Positions 17,912 through 27,367 of a DNA stretch of 64,000 nucleotides are shown piece after piece; positions within the stretch are counted from its first letter, which is position 1; each line of letters begins with the position of its first letter. The stretch is taken from positions 29,582-93,581 of the forward strand of contig FR895304.1 in NCBI GenBank assembly GCA_000434995.1, written 5' to 3'. The notes beneath the pieces were generated by a model. The model had not been told where the DNA came from. It searched no databases and worked only from the letters and a program-made list of their open reading frames with translations. The translations under genes and the position numbers were made by a program. Source of the stretch: Firmicutes bacterium CAG:341 (GTDB taxonomy: Bacteria > Bacillota > Clostridia > Oscillospirales > Acutalibacteraceae).

Positions 17912-18607
17912 TTAGCGTCTTGGATTAAGTATAAGCTTATAATCGTATTCGCTTTCGATTTCATAAAGCTTAAGTGCCTGCTTCTTGGTTACTTCAACAG
18001 TAAGCGTGCTGTATTTAGTAATCTTTGTTCCGCTTTGAGAAGCACTTGAATTTTCGGCATTTGTAGAAACTCTTAAGATTTTTAAATCTTTATAAGCTAT
18101 TTTTGTTGTAATGTTACCTGAATCATCTTTCTTGTTAACAAGTACATCAACTGTATCACCTTCGCTGATATAACCGTCAACACTCTTTACACTGGCTGCA
18201 TCAAATGAATAAGCAACCTTACCCTGCGGAAGTTTAAGTGAAAGGGCAACATCATCACCGTTTTTATCCTGAAGTCTGTTCTTATTGATAGGTTCATTTG
18301 CATAAAGTTTGTCAACAGTAATCATATGAACATTATTAGCATCATCAACAAGCTCTTTTTGAGCTTTGATATAGCTGTCATTTGAATCGGCAGCAAGAAT
18401 TTCTTTTGTGATAATTTGAGGATTATCGCCTTCAAACATATCTGCTGTGATTTCAACATTTTTATCAATATCGGCAGTAGGTATCAATACTGTTACCATA
18501 TCTGCATCTTTAAAAGTTGTTTTCTTATCAATTTCTGTTGCAAACATATATGTAGCAACACCTGCAATAATTGCAAATATTACTGCTATTAAATAAACCT
18601 TTTTCAT
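17912..18607 (-). CDS. cpaB: Flp pilus assembly protein CpaB/RcpC-like.
   Basis: 231 aa. N-terminal transmembrane anchor then a beta-rich periplasmic-type domain, in the canonical tad position. Confidence 0.5.
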   Translation of the reverse strand: MKKVYLIAVIFAIIAGVATYMFATEIDKKTTFKDADMVTVLIPTADIDKNVEITADMFEGDNPQIITKEILAADSNDSYIKAQKELVDDANNVHMITVDKLYANEPINKNRLQDKNGDDVALSLKLPQGKVAYSFDAASVKSVDGYISEGDTVDVLVNKKDDSGNITTKIAYKDLKILRVSTNAENSSASQSGTKITKYSTLTVEVTKKQALKLYEIESEYDYKLILNPRR

Positions 18608-18659
18608 AAATCTACCTCTTAGATAATATTAGTTACATATATAATATAGAGATGTAATA

Positions 18660-19199
18660 TTATACATCATCTGATTTTTCCACTTTAAATATTGAAGTTG
18701 ATGTCAAAGTTCTGTGCATTTTATCCGCGCCTGAACCTAACACCGGTGTGAGCGTTGCGATTCTGCAAGAAACAACCAACTTCACATCGCCATTATACCT
18801 ATTTTTAACATTTCTGTTAGCAGCAACAGCATCCAAATCGTTTGTATATGTTATTGTTACTTTAACTTTATCCACTTTCTTAGGAAGTGAATTTTTAACC
18901 TGCGATAATATATGTACTATCTGTTCAGGGGTGGTATCATCATTAAGTGCGTCAAGCGTATAATCAACCGGACTTTGAACTTGACCGTTAACCATATTAA
19001 CATTCGTATACTCCACGCAAGCTATACGCGCCGCATTACGAGCAGAATTTTCAACCTCAATATAGTTAACAAAAAGCCAACCATAATCAAGAATCAAAAA
19101 CAGTATTATCGCAAAAATAGGAAGAACAAGAACAAATTCAATAATCGACTGGCCTTCTTCTTTCTTTTTTAATCTGTATTTATAAATTTTCGTCATCAT
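18660..19199 (-). CDS. tadE: TadE-like pseudopilin.
   Basis: 179 aa. N-terminus EEGQSIIEFVLVLPIFAIILFLILDYGWLF is the TadE-like motif. Confidence 0.75.
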   Translation of the reverse strand: MMTKIYKYRLKKKEEGQSIIEFVLVLPIFAIILFLILDYGWLFVNYIEVENSARNAARIACVEYTNVNMVNGQVQSPVDYTLDALNDDTTPEQIVHILSQVKNSLPKKVDKVKVTITYTNDLDAVAANRNVKNRYNGDVKLVVSCRIATLTPVLGSGADKMHRTLTSTSIFKVEKSDDV

Positions 19200-19260
19200 A
19201 TAGAGCCTTTCACCCCTTAATCAATGCCTAAATTTGTAAAAAATCTACTTTAACTTAAAT

Positions 19261-19285
19261 AAGGAGCAGGATTCCCCTGCTCCTT
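19261..19285 (-). terminator. Hairpin just downstream of the flp pilin gene, probably a partial terminator setting the pilin-to-machinery expression ratio.
   Basis: Perfect 10-bp stem aaggagcagg/cctgctcctt with a 5-nt loop, 9 nt after the flp stop. The flanking U-tract is weak. Confidence 0.45.
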
Positions 19286-19293
19286 ATTTATAA

Positions 19294-19464
19294 ACGCTAT
19301 TTATTAGTCTGCATTCAAACGTGTGTCTTCCATCTTACTTGACATATCATTTGTCTTGTTCTTAGCTACATTCTTAATAACTACAAGAGCAACGATAGCG
19401 ATAACTGCAACAATAGCAATGATAAGTACATACTCAAGCATGCCCTGTCCGTTTTCATCCTTAA
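19294..19464 (-). CDS. flp: Flp family type IVb pilin (56 aa prepilin). Not present in the supplied ORF track because it is under 60 aa.
   Basis: Translation MSFIKDENGQGMLEYVLIIAIVAVIAIVALVVIKNVAKNKTNDMSSKMEDTRLNAD. G/XXXXEY processing motif and hydrophobic stretch. AGGAGG ribosome-binding site. Confidence 0.85.
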
Positions 19465-19516
19465 TAAAGCTCATTTGTTTTTCCTCCTTATAAGATTTAA
19501 ATAATTTATTTGTTAA

Positions 19517-20200
19517 TTAAAATATATTTTCCAGCACTACCAGAGAATTAAGCACCGGGAAACACATTGAAATTACTACCGAGACGGAAATAAAAGGTCC
19601 CATGGGGATAAGGGTCTTCATTCCCCCACGCTTTGTTATTTTCAAAAATACGAAAACCAACAAAACCAATATGCCAACTGTGGCCATTGTTTGTAAATAG
19701 CAACCCATATACATTATCAAGCCTACAACTGCACTGTACTTAACATCGCCTGCACCAACAGGAACTTTCAAAAGAGTCGGGATTGTAAAAGCTACAAATC
19801 CAAGAAAGAAACCTATGCCAGCATTAAGCAATGTGTAATTTGTGTGTGTAGTGACGCATTGATAAATCACATATGCCGCCTGAACCACTATCATTGAAAG
19901 CAAAAGCGAATTAGGAATTTTGCGAATCAACGAATCAACTATTGCGATGGTTAACATCGGAAGCAGAAGCACCAAATTTCTTATCAGTGCAATTTCGTCA
20001 TCAGCAGTTAATACCAAACCTACTGAAGCGACAGCCCCTGCCAAAGCTGTTAATATGTAAGTTGACTTTTTTCTTAAAACGATAATATCACCGGGATCTT
20101 CGCTTCTGGAAAGAATCAACCTTTTTGCTAACGGTACTGCGGCAAGCCCTAAAGCAACGCCGAACAAAATACCGATTAAAGCCTTAATAATAATATTCAT
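19517..20200 (-). CDS. tadV: Prepilin peptidase (A24 family, TadV/CpaA).
   Basis: 227 aa polytopic membrane protein directly upstream of flp. Confidence 0.7.
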   Translation of the reverse strand: MNIIIKALIGILFGVALGLAAVPLAKRLILSRSEDPGDIIVLRKKSTYILTALAGAVASVGLVLTADDEIALIRNLVLLLPMLTIAIVDSLIRKIPNSLLLSMIVVQAAYVIYQCVTTHTNYTLLNAGIGFFLGFVAFTIPTLLKVPVGAGDVKYSAVVGLIMYMGCYLQTMATVGILVLLVFVFLKITKRGGMKTLIPMGPFISVSVVISMCFPVLNSLVVLENIF

Positions 20201-20474
20201 TTGCTCATTTGTTAATTACTTATTTGTAATTATTTAATAAACTTTGAATGACTTTTTAATAAATCATTTTGTCTATCTCTTAACTACAACTAAATATTAG
20301 CACTATTGCACAAAAAAATCAATAGCTTTTATAAATTTTGTTTAATTTGTATAATTTTAAGTGTCGAAATTAGCAAAACTTACAATATTGTTCGATGTTG
20401 AACTAACATTATGCGTTTTGAATTACAAGTAAATATATTATGAATTTTTTGAAAACGATTCAAGGGAATATATT

Positions 20475-21626
20475 CTACTTATTGTACTTATTAACTGTAT
20501 ATATTTTTTCGCTGTAAAGTGATAAATTATCTAAAAGTTGCTTTTCAACCGTATCTTTTTTCTTTGCATTGAAGTATTTTACCTTTTTTCTGTTTCCCGA
20601 AGCCTCATAATAAATTATTTTACCTTTTTTGGATTCGGCAATTGCAAATTGGTGCAAAAGTTTATCATCCTTATAAATATCGGCAAAGCTGATTTCGCCC
20701 TCGCTGTCATAGTAAAGTGCAAATTCAGCCATAGCACCCTCATACCCTTGACCTGCTTTATACTCCCTTGAAAGTACATCATCAAAAGTTTTTTGGTATG
20801 TATCATTCTCACTGTATCCGGCATAAGTCACACTGTATTCTTTAACAGATGAAATGTCGCTTGCGCGCATAATTGCACTTTTTTCACTGTTAGTATGCAG
20901 ACCTTTCTCTTCAAGTGCCATCATATATCCAAACCAACCGTAATCGGCAGTATATCTTTCAACGCTCAACACTTTGGCATCAGGCTTTATATTATTTTCT
21001 ATTATATTTATAAACGGTAAAAATGCATTTTTATATTGTTCTTCCCTCCAACTGCGCTCACCAAAAAACGGCAAATCCTTAGTTTGAGCCATACAAGTAT
21101 CAAGAAGTGCGCGGAAAGTTACCACTGTATCAGCCTTATTTTCACCTGCATATTCAAATACATCACTGCAAACAAAATCCACATTATCAAGCCCAAGCTT
21201 TTCCTTAAGCTTATTTGCATTTTCAATTGCGGATGAATTAACATCCACACCGGTAATATGGCAGTTCGGATACATTTTTGCTATAAAGCAAGTTACAATA
21301 CCGCAATCGCAGGCAAGGTCTAATATCTGCTTTGAATCAAAAAGTTCGGCGTAATCAATAATTAAATTTCCCAAATGCCTGAAAAGTCCGCCGTCAAAAG
21401 CCGCTGAAATATAAATAGAGCCATCAAATGTTTCATTCTTTATTTTATAAAACACCATATTACTTGAATTACTGTGCTTTGCACGCGAATTAAGCTCAGC
21501 GGCAACCTTTTGGGTATAATCCTTATTAGTTCTCACAGCAAGGCCGGCAATAAATTCATTAGATGATTTAACATATTTAAGGCCGATTTCCTGCATATAA
21601 TTATCAACTTGTTCGTAAGTTTTCAT
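20475..21626 (-). CDS. Class I SAM-dependent methyltransferase domain protein.
   Basis: 383 aa. Motif I LDLACDCGIVT. Long C-terminal extension of unknown function. Confidence 0.6.
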   Translation of the reverse strand: MKTYEQVDNYMQEIGLKYVKSSNEFIAGLAVRTNKDYTQKVAAELNSRAKHSNSSNMVFYKIKNETFDGSIYISAAFDGGLFRHLGNLIIDYAELFDSKQILDLACDCGIVTCFIAKMYPNCHITGVDVNSSAIENANKLKEKLGLDNVDFVCSDVFEYAGENKADTVVTFRALLDTCMAQTKDLPFFGERSWREEQYKNAFLPFINIIENNIKPDAKVLSVERYTADYGWFGYMMALEEKGLHTNSEKSAIMRASDISSVKEYSVTYAGYSENDTYQKTFDDVLSREYKAGQGYEGAMAEFALYYDSEGEISFADIYKDDKLLHQFAIAESKKGKIIYYEASGNRKKVKYFNAKKKDTVEKQLLDNLSLYSEKIYTVNKYNK

Positions 21627-21637
21627 ATAACCACCAA

Positions 21638-22513
21638 TTATTTTATAATTTTACAGCCTTTATTTACAGGCTTTGTTACAGCAATATCCTTTGCAAGAGT
21701 TTTAAGTTCAAGTGCAGATTTTTCAGCTTTTTCTTTATCATCAAAAATACCGAAAACAGTAGGGCCGCTTCCGCTCATACATACTCCCAATGCACCGTTA
21801 GTTCTCATAACTTCTTTAATATCCACCTTATTCGGCACTTCAATAAACTGCTCAAAAACATTTTCCATTTTAGAACATATTTCGCAAAGTTCCCTATTTT
21901 GCATTGCACAAAGCATACCGAATTTATCAGGTGTATGGCGCTTGCCGACTGTGTCAAACTGTGCATAAGCCTTGCCGGTATTAACGCCGCAATCAGGCTT
22001 GGCAATTACAATAAAGCACTGCCTGAGAGGTTTAACTTTATTAAGCACATCACCGATACCCTGTGCAAGCAAGGTACCGCCCTTTATACAAAACGGTACA
22101 TCAGCCCCGATTTTAACACCGATATTGCAAAGTTCATCATCACTTAAACCTGCATTTAACAGTTCATTAAGTGCAACAAGAGTACCTGCACCGTCGGCAC
22201 TGCCGCCGGCAAGCCCCGCTTGGTGTGGAATACGCTTAACAATGTCAATATTTACACCTTTATTTTTTATTTTAGTTGTTTTAAAAAATGCATCTGCCGC
22301 TTTATATGCAATATTTTTTTCATCAAGCGGAATATCCTCAATATTGCAAGTGATAGTTATCTTTTTTGAATTTGTTTCGGTAACCGTAACGGTATCATAA
22401 AGGCCGATACTTTGCATTATCATAAACAAATCGTGATAACCGTCCGGGCGGGTGCAGATAATATCAAGCATCAAGTTAATCTTTGCATAAGCTTTAACTT
22501 TAACTTCCATCAA
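21638..22513 (-). CDS. ispE: 4-diphosphocytidyl-2-C-methyl-D-erythritol kinase.
   Basis: 291 aa. KINLMLDI...GLAGGSADGAG GHMP kinase motif. Confidence 0.9.
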   Translation of the reverse strand: MMEVKVKAYAKINLMLDIICTRPDGYHDLFMIMQSIGLYDTVTVTETNSKKITITCNIEDIPLDEKNIAYKAADAFFKTTKIKNKGVNIDIVKRIPHQAGLAGGSADGAGTLVALNELLNAGLSDDELCNIGVKIGADVPFCIKGGTLLAQGIGDVLNKVKPLRQCFIVIAKPDCGVNTGKAYAQFDTVGKRHTPDKFGMLCAMQNRELCEICSKMENVFEQFIEVPNKVDIKEVMRTNGALGVCMSGSGPTVFGIFDDKEKAEKSALELKTLAKDIAVTKPVNKGCKIIK

Positions 22514-23685
22514 TTTTCTCCAAGTTCTTTTATAAATTCACCGATACGCCTTACTGCCTCTTTAATGTTATCTATTGAATAGCAATAAGAAACACGAATA
22601 AAGCCTTCGCCGCAATCACCGAAAGCATTTCCCGGTATAACAGCAACTCTTTTAGACATTACAAGCTTTTCACAGAATTCTTCAGATGAAAGACCCGTTG
22701 ATTTAATACAAGGGAACAAATAAAACGCACCCTCCGGCTCAAAGCAATCAAGTCCGATTTTTCTAAAAGCATCAACTGTAAAGCGGCGGCGCATATCGTA
22801 ATCTTCACGCATTTTTTTAATATCATCATCACCGTTGCGCAAAGCTTCAATAGCGGCATACTGCGAAGTTGTAGGGGCAGACATAATTGCATATTGGTGA
22901 AGCTTAGTCATTTGCTTAATTATAGGAGCAGGACCCAGCGCATAGCCGAGTCGCCAACCGGTCATAGAATAAGTTTTTGAAAAGCCATTGATTATAATTG
23001 TGCGTTCCCGCATTGAATCAAGTGACGCAATAGTTGTATGCTCCTCATCACCGTAAGTAAGTTCACTGTAAATTTCATCTGAAAGTACAAGCAAATCGTG
23101 CTTTTTGATTACAGCGGCAATCTTTTCCAAATCGCCTTTACGCATAACCGCACCGGTAGGATTATTAGGAAAAGGCAATACAATAAGCTTGGTTTTATCT
23201 GTTACCGCATTTTCAATTTCTTCCGGCATAAGCTTAAAGTTGTCCTCATTTTTAGTAACAATAGGAACAGGTACGCCACCGCAAATTTCAATAATTGGTT
23301 TGTAGCAAACAAAACTTGGTTCAACAACCAATACTTCATCTCCCGGGCATACAAGCGAGCGAATAGCCATATCTATTCCCTCCGAACCGCCTACGGTAAC
23401 CGTAATTTCTGTTTTAGGATCGTATTGCACATTAAATTTGCGCTTATAATAATCGGCAATTTCATCTCTTAAAAGGGAAAGACCTGCATTTGCAGTATAT
23501 CTTGTAGCACCCTGTTCAAGAGAATTGATACCTGTTTGCCTAATATGCCACGGGGTTTTAAAATCAGGTTCGCCGACACCGAGAGATATAACATTATCCA
23601 TCTCTTCTGCGATAGAAAAGAATTTTCTGATTCCACTCGGCTTAATACTGACAAGAGTTGGGTTTAAATAATTATTGTAGTCCAT
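22510..23685 (-). CDS. PLP-dependent aminotransferase, class I (aspartate/aromatic type).
   Basis: 391 aa. LGVGEPDF and FSKTYSMTGWRLGY motifs including the PLP-binding lysine. Confidence 0.85.
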   Translation of the reverse strand: MDYNNYLNPTLVSIKPSGIRKFFSIAEEMDNVISLGVGEPDFKTPWHIRQTGINSLEQGATRYTANAGLSLLRDEIADYYKRKFNVQYDPKTEITVTVGGSEGIDMAIRSLVCPGDEVLVVEPSFVCYKPIIEICGGVPVPIVTKNEDNFKLMPEEIENAVTDKTKLIVLPFPNNPTGAVMRKGDLEKIAAVIKKHDLLVLSDEIYSELTYGDEEHTTIASLDSMRERTIIINGFSKTYSMTGWRLGYALGPAPIIKQMTKLHQYAIMSAPTTSQYAAIEALRNGDDDIKKMREDYDMRRRFTVDAFRKIGLDCFEPEGAFYLFPCIKSTGLSSEEFCEKLVMSKRVAVIPGNAFGDCGEGFIRVSYCYSIDNIKEAVRRIGEFIKELGEN

Positions 23686-24164
23686 CAGAATGAAAAAATC
23701 CCCCTATCATCCTTTGGAGCTTCTGTAAAAAATACACCCTGCTCCTTATATTTTTTTAGAATGAAATGGGTTGCGGTTGACATAACACCGTCAAGCGGTG
23801 AAAGCCTGTTAGCAACAAAAAGCGCAATTTCTTCAAATGATTTATCAGAAACCATACAGCAAAGGTCGAAACCGCCACTCATAAGATAAATGCTTTCAAC
23901 CTCTTCGAGCTGGGCAATTCTGTTTGCAATTTCATCAAAACCATGGCCGAATTTTGGCTGAACCCTAATTTCGATAAGTGCTGTTACGGTTTGCATTTTG
24001 GCCTTATTTTTATCTATCATGGCACGATAGCCTTTAATAATTCCCGTTTCTTCATAAAGGCGAATTTGTGCTTCAACTTCTTCTTCGGTTTTACCAAGCA
24101 TAACAGCAATTTCTCTGTTTGAAAGCCTTGGGTTTGTTTCAAGTATTTCTAATAACTTTTCCAT
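23685..24164 (-). CDS. Lrp/AsnC family transcriptional regulator.
   Basis: 159 aa. N-terminal HTH then a RAM domain. Confidence 0.8.
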   Translation of the reverse strand: MEKLLEILETNPRLSNREIAVMLGKTEEEVEAQIRLYEETGIIKGYRAMIDKNKAKMQTVTALIEIRVQPKFGHGFDEIANRIAQLEEVESIYLMSGGFDLCCMVSDKSFEEIALFVANRLSPLDGVMSTATHFILKKYKEQGVFFTEAPKDDRGIFSF

Positions 24165-24186
24165 ATAAAAATTCCTTATCTAAATA

Positions 24187-25011
24187 TTATTCAATAGTAA
24201 TCAGTTTAGGCTGATGTTTTTCATAAACAGTAACATAATCAAAGCCTGCCGCTCGTGCAACATCATAGCCTTGGTTTATGCCTTGGCACACTCTGTTTGC
24301 ATAATGCGAGTCTGAACCGACTGTAATATATTTACCACCGAGTTCTTTATATCTTTTAACAAAAGATACATTAGGCAATGTATCTTTCATATCCATAAAA
24401 AGACCCGAAGTGTTAATTTCAAGTGCCTTATCTTTTTTGATAAGTTCTTCAAATATAGCGTCGCATACATCTTGATACTTTTTCATATCAACTTCAATTT
24501 TCTCCCTGGCGACAATATATCTTAAAGGATAAGTCAGGTGTGCAAGCGAATCAAAAGCACCCCATTGGCAAAGTTCCAAAAGGCCATCAAAATATTTACT
24601 CAATAGGTCATCAATATCATATTTTTGATAATCAAGGAAAAAGAAATCCTCCATATTTTCAAGATTATGAAGTGAACCTAAAACGAAATCATAATCATAC
24701 TTTTGAAGTAAAGCTTGAGTTTCTTTCTTTCTGTAAATTCCCTGGCCTATTTCAATACCTTTAAGTATTTTAATTTTATCACTGTATTTAGATATACATT
24801 CATTCAAATCTTTAAGCTGCGGCGGGCAAAGCTCATCAGGATTCATATCCGCACCGTCAATATCGCAATGGTCTGTTATCGCAATAACTTTTGCACCTTT
24901 TTCTATTGCGCTGAGGCAAAGGGACTCAACGCTGTCATTTCCGTCAAAAGAATGAATTGAATGGGTGTGAACATCAACAATATTTTTATATTCCAATTTT
25001 TTGCCTCTCAA
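24187..25011 (-). CDS. PHP-family histidinol-phosphatase-like protein.
   Basis: 274 aa. N-terminal VDVHTHSIHSFDG PHP motif. Confidence 0.75.
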   Translation of the reverse strand: MRGKKLEYKNIVDVHTHSIHSFDGNDSVESLCLSAIEKGAKVIAITDHCDIDGADMNPDELCPPQLKDLNECISKYSDKIKILKGIEIGQGIYRKKETQALLQKYDYDFVLGSLHNLENMEDFFFLDYQKYDIDDLLSKYFDGLLELCQWGAFDSLAHLTYPLRYIVAREKIEVDMKKYQDVCDAIFEELIKKDKALEINTSGLFMDMKDTLPNVSFVKRYKELGGKYITVGSDSHYANRVCQGINQGYDVARAAGFDYVTVYEKHQPKLITIE

Positions 25012-25087
25012 TATAATGTAAATATAATAAGCTTTTGTTATAATAACACAAAATACAAAAAAATAAAATATATTTCTTATACTTTAT

Positions 25088-25115
25088 TGAAAAAAGTTTA
25101 TCACTCTGTTATAAT
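25088..25115 (+). promoter_or_regulatory. Putative sigma-A promoter for the ACT/UPF0210 operon.
   Basis: TTGAAA, 16-17 nt spacer, TATAAT, ~55 nt upstream of the start. Confidence 0.35.
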
Positions 25116-25169
25116 TTTAAGCAATACGATTATAAACTATACAGTAATTTGCGTATCGGAGGTAACAAT

Positions 25170-25439
25170 ATGAGAGCATTTATTACAGTTGTAGGTAAAG
25201 ACACAGTAGGAATTCTTGCAAAAGTTTCATCTATCTGTGCAAAATATGAAATTAACATTACCGAAGTAAGCCAGACTATTCTTGATGATATGTTTTGTAT
25301 GATTATGCTTGCTGACATAAGCAACAGCACAGTCGGATTTGTTCAATTTGCAGATGAGCTTACAAAATACGGTGATGAAAACAGCCTCTCAATTCACGCA
25401 ATGCACGAGGATATTTTTAACTCAATGCATAGAATATAG
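25170..25439 (+). CDS. ACT domain protein (UPF0237 family).
   Basis: [20 protein letters not shown]... with a GGAGGT ribosome-binding site. Adjacent to the UPF0210 partner as in many Firmicutes. Confidence 0.8.
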   Translation: MRAFITVVGKDTVGILAKVSSICAKYEINITEVSQTILDDMFCMIMLADISNSTVGFVQFADELTKYGDENSLSIHAMHEDIFNSMHRI

Positions 25440-25450
25440 GAGGTGTAACC

Positions 25451-26806
25451 TTGATAAATTCAAAAGAAATTCTTGAAACAATAAGAATGATTCAAGATGA
25501 ATGTCTTGACATAAGAACCACAACAATGGGCATTTCCCTTCTTGATTGCGGGGATACGGATATAGATAAATCCTGCCAAAAGGTTTATGACAAAATTTGC
25601 ACCAAGGCTGAACATCTTGTATCAACAGGCGAGCAGATTGAAAAGGAATACGGTATTCCTATTATAAATAAAAGGGTTAGCGTTACACCTATTGCAATAA
25701 TGGCCGGTATCAGCGGCGGCGACCCTGTGAAATATGCATTGGCACTTGAAAAAGCGGCGCAAACTATCGGCGTTAATTTCATCGGCGGTTACAGTGCACT
25801 TGTGCAAAAAGGTTTTGCGGCAGGCGACCTTGAGCTTATCAACTCAATTCCGAGAGCTTTAGCCGAAACAGAGCATATTTGTTCATCGGTAAACATCGGT
25901 TCAACCAAAGCCGGAATAAATATGGATGCCGTTAAAATTATGGGTCAAAAGGTTAAAGAAGCTGCCGAGCTTACAAAAGATAACGACTGCATTGCAGCCG
26001 GAAAGCTTGTAGTATTTTGCAACGCCCCTGAGGATAATCCGTTTATGGCAGGTGCCTTCCACGGTGTCAGTGAACCTGACTGTGTAATAAATGTAGGTGT
26101 TTCAGGCCCCGGTGTTGTAAGAAGTGCTATCAGCAAACACCCTGATTATTCTGTAAATGAAATTGCAGAACTGATTAAAAAGACTGCATTTAAAATCACC
26201 CGTATGGGTCAGCTTGTGGGTGTGGAAGCATCAAGAAGGCTTGGTGTAGACTTCGGTATAGTTGACCTTTCACTTGCTCCTACCCCGGCAGTAGGTGACT
26301 CCGTTGCTCATATTCTTGAAGAAATCGGGCTTGAGCAGTGCGGCGGTGCTGGTACAACCGCTTGCCTTGCAATGCTTAACGACGCTGTTAAAAAAGGTGG
26401 CGTTATGGCATCATCAAGTGTCGGCGGTCTTTCAGGTGCATTTATCCCTGTCAGCGAAGATGCCGGTATGATTGACGCTGCAAGAAGCGGTGCACTCACG
26501 ATTGAAAAACTTGAGGCTATGACGGCGGTATGCTCGGTAGGTCTTGATATGATTGTTATTCCGGGTGACACAAGTGCAGAAGTTATCAGCGGTATTATTG
26601 CAGATGAAGCTGCAATAGGTATGGTTAACTGCAAAACAACAGCGGTCAGAGTTATTCCTGCAATCGGCAAAAACATTGGCGATGAACTTGAATTTGGCGG
26701 ACTTTTAGGAAGCGGCCCGGTTATGAAAGTAAATACTAAATCTCCTGCGCAGTTTATTAACCGCGGCGGCAAAATTCCTGCTCCAATGCACAGCCTTAAA
26801 AACTAA
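25451..26806 (+). CDS. UPF0210 (DUF711) family protein.
   Basis: 451 aa. Conserved pairing with the UPF0237 ACT protein. Confidence 0.8.
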   Translation: MINSKEILETIRMIQDECLDIRTTTMGISLLDCGDTDIDKSCQKVYDKICTKAEHLVSTGEQIEKEYGIPIINKRVSVTPIAIMAGISGGDPVKYALALEKAAQTIGVNFIGGYSALVQKGFAAGDLELINSIPRALAETEHICSSVNIGSTKAGINMDAVKIMGQKVKEAAELTKDNDCIAAGKLVVFCNAPEDNPFMAGAFHGVSEPDCVINVGVSGPGVVRSAISKHPDYSVNEIAELIKKTAFKITRMGQLVGVEASRRLGVDFGIVDLSLAPTPAVGDSVAHILEEIGLEQCGGAGTTACLAMLNDAVKKGGVMASSSVGGLSGAFIPVSEDAGMIDAARSGALTIEKLEAMTAVCSVGLDMIVIPGDTSAEVISGIIADEAAIGMVNCKTTAVRVIPAIGKNIGDELEFGGLLGSGPVMKVNTKSPAQFINRGGKIPAPMHSLKN

Positions 26807-26827
26807 AAATACATTTCTAAAAAAATT

Positions 26828-26866
26828 AAACCCTATCTGCGAGTGGCAGATAGGGTTACTTTTTTA
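26828..26866. terminator. Bidirectional rho-independent terminator.
   Basis: 12-bp stem aaccctatctgc/ggcagatagggtt with T-tracts on both sides, between convergent genes. Confidence 0.7.
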
Positions 26867-27367
26867 TTTAAAAACTATTTTGAAATCACTGTTTTTAAAC
26901 GCAAGTGATTTTAAAGTTGAATTATCATTTTGCACGAGAATGAATTCACCGAAATTTGTTTTTCCTTCATATTTTACACCGCCGTCAATAATATGCAGTT
27001 TTGTGTTATCGTTTGAAAGAGCAGATATTACATCATAAATAATAATTGCTGCATTTTCTTTTTCAAAATTTTCGCCTGAAATATCATATGAATAAGTGCT
27101 GTATTTAAAATTTACATTTTTTCCGTCATAAGTCATCACAAGGCCGAGCGCATTTGTATTTTTAACAGTGATGGATACGCTCCCCTCTTTTTTACAAATT
27201 TCACATTCATATGAAAAATCCCCTGATGTAACCACAGCATTTTGAGTAAAAGCCTTTGGTACTTCAGGGGTATTTATTTTAACCGAACACGAACTAAACA
27301 TAAAAATTGAAATGATAAGTAAAATAAAGCCTAATGTTTTTTTCAAATAAATCTGTCCTTTATTCAA
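26864..27367 (-). CDS. Hypothetical lipoprotein.
   Basis: Signal peptide with an FSSC lipobox. Confidence 0.55.
   Translation of the reverse strand: MNKGQIYLKKTLGFILLIISIFMFSSCSVKINTPEVPKAFTQNAVVTSGDFSYECEICKKEGSVSITVKNTNALGLVMTYDGKNVNFKYSTYSYDISGENFEKENAAIIIYDVISALSNDNTKLHIIDGGVKYEGKTNFGEFILVQNDNSTLKSLAFKNSDFKIVFK

Noticed and set aside
20201-20474. Promoter for the tad operon upstream of tadV, and a plus-strand TGTATAAT box at ~20347.
   Set aside because: The region is extremely AT-rich, so -10-like hexamers are frequent. No convincing -35/-10 pair with proper spacing could be singled out on the minus strand, and the plus-strand box has no downstream gene.
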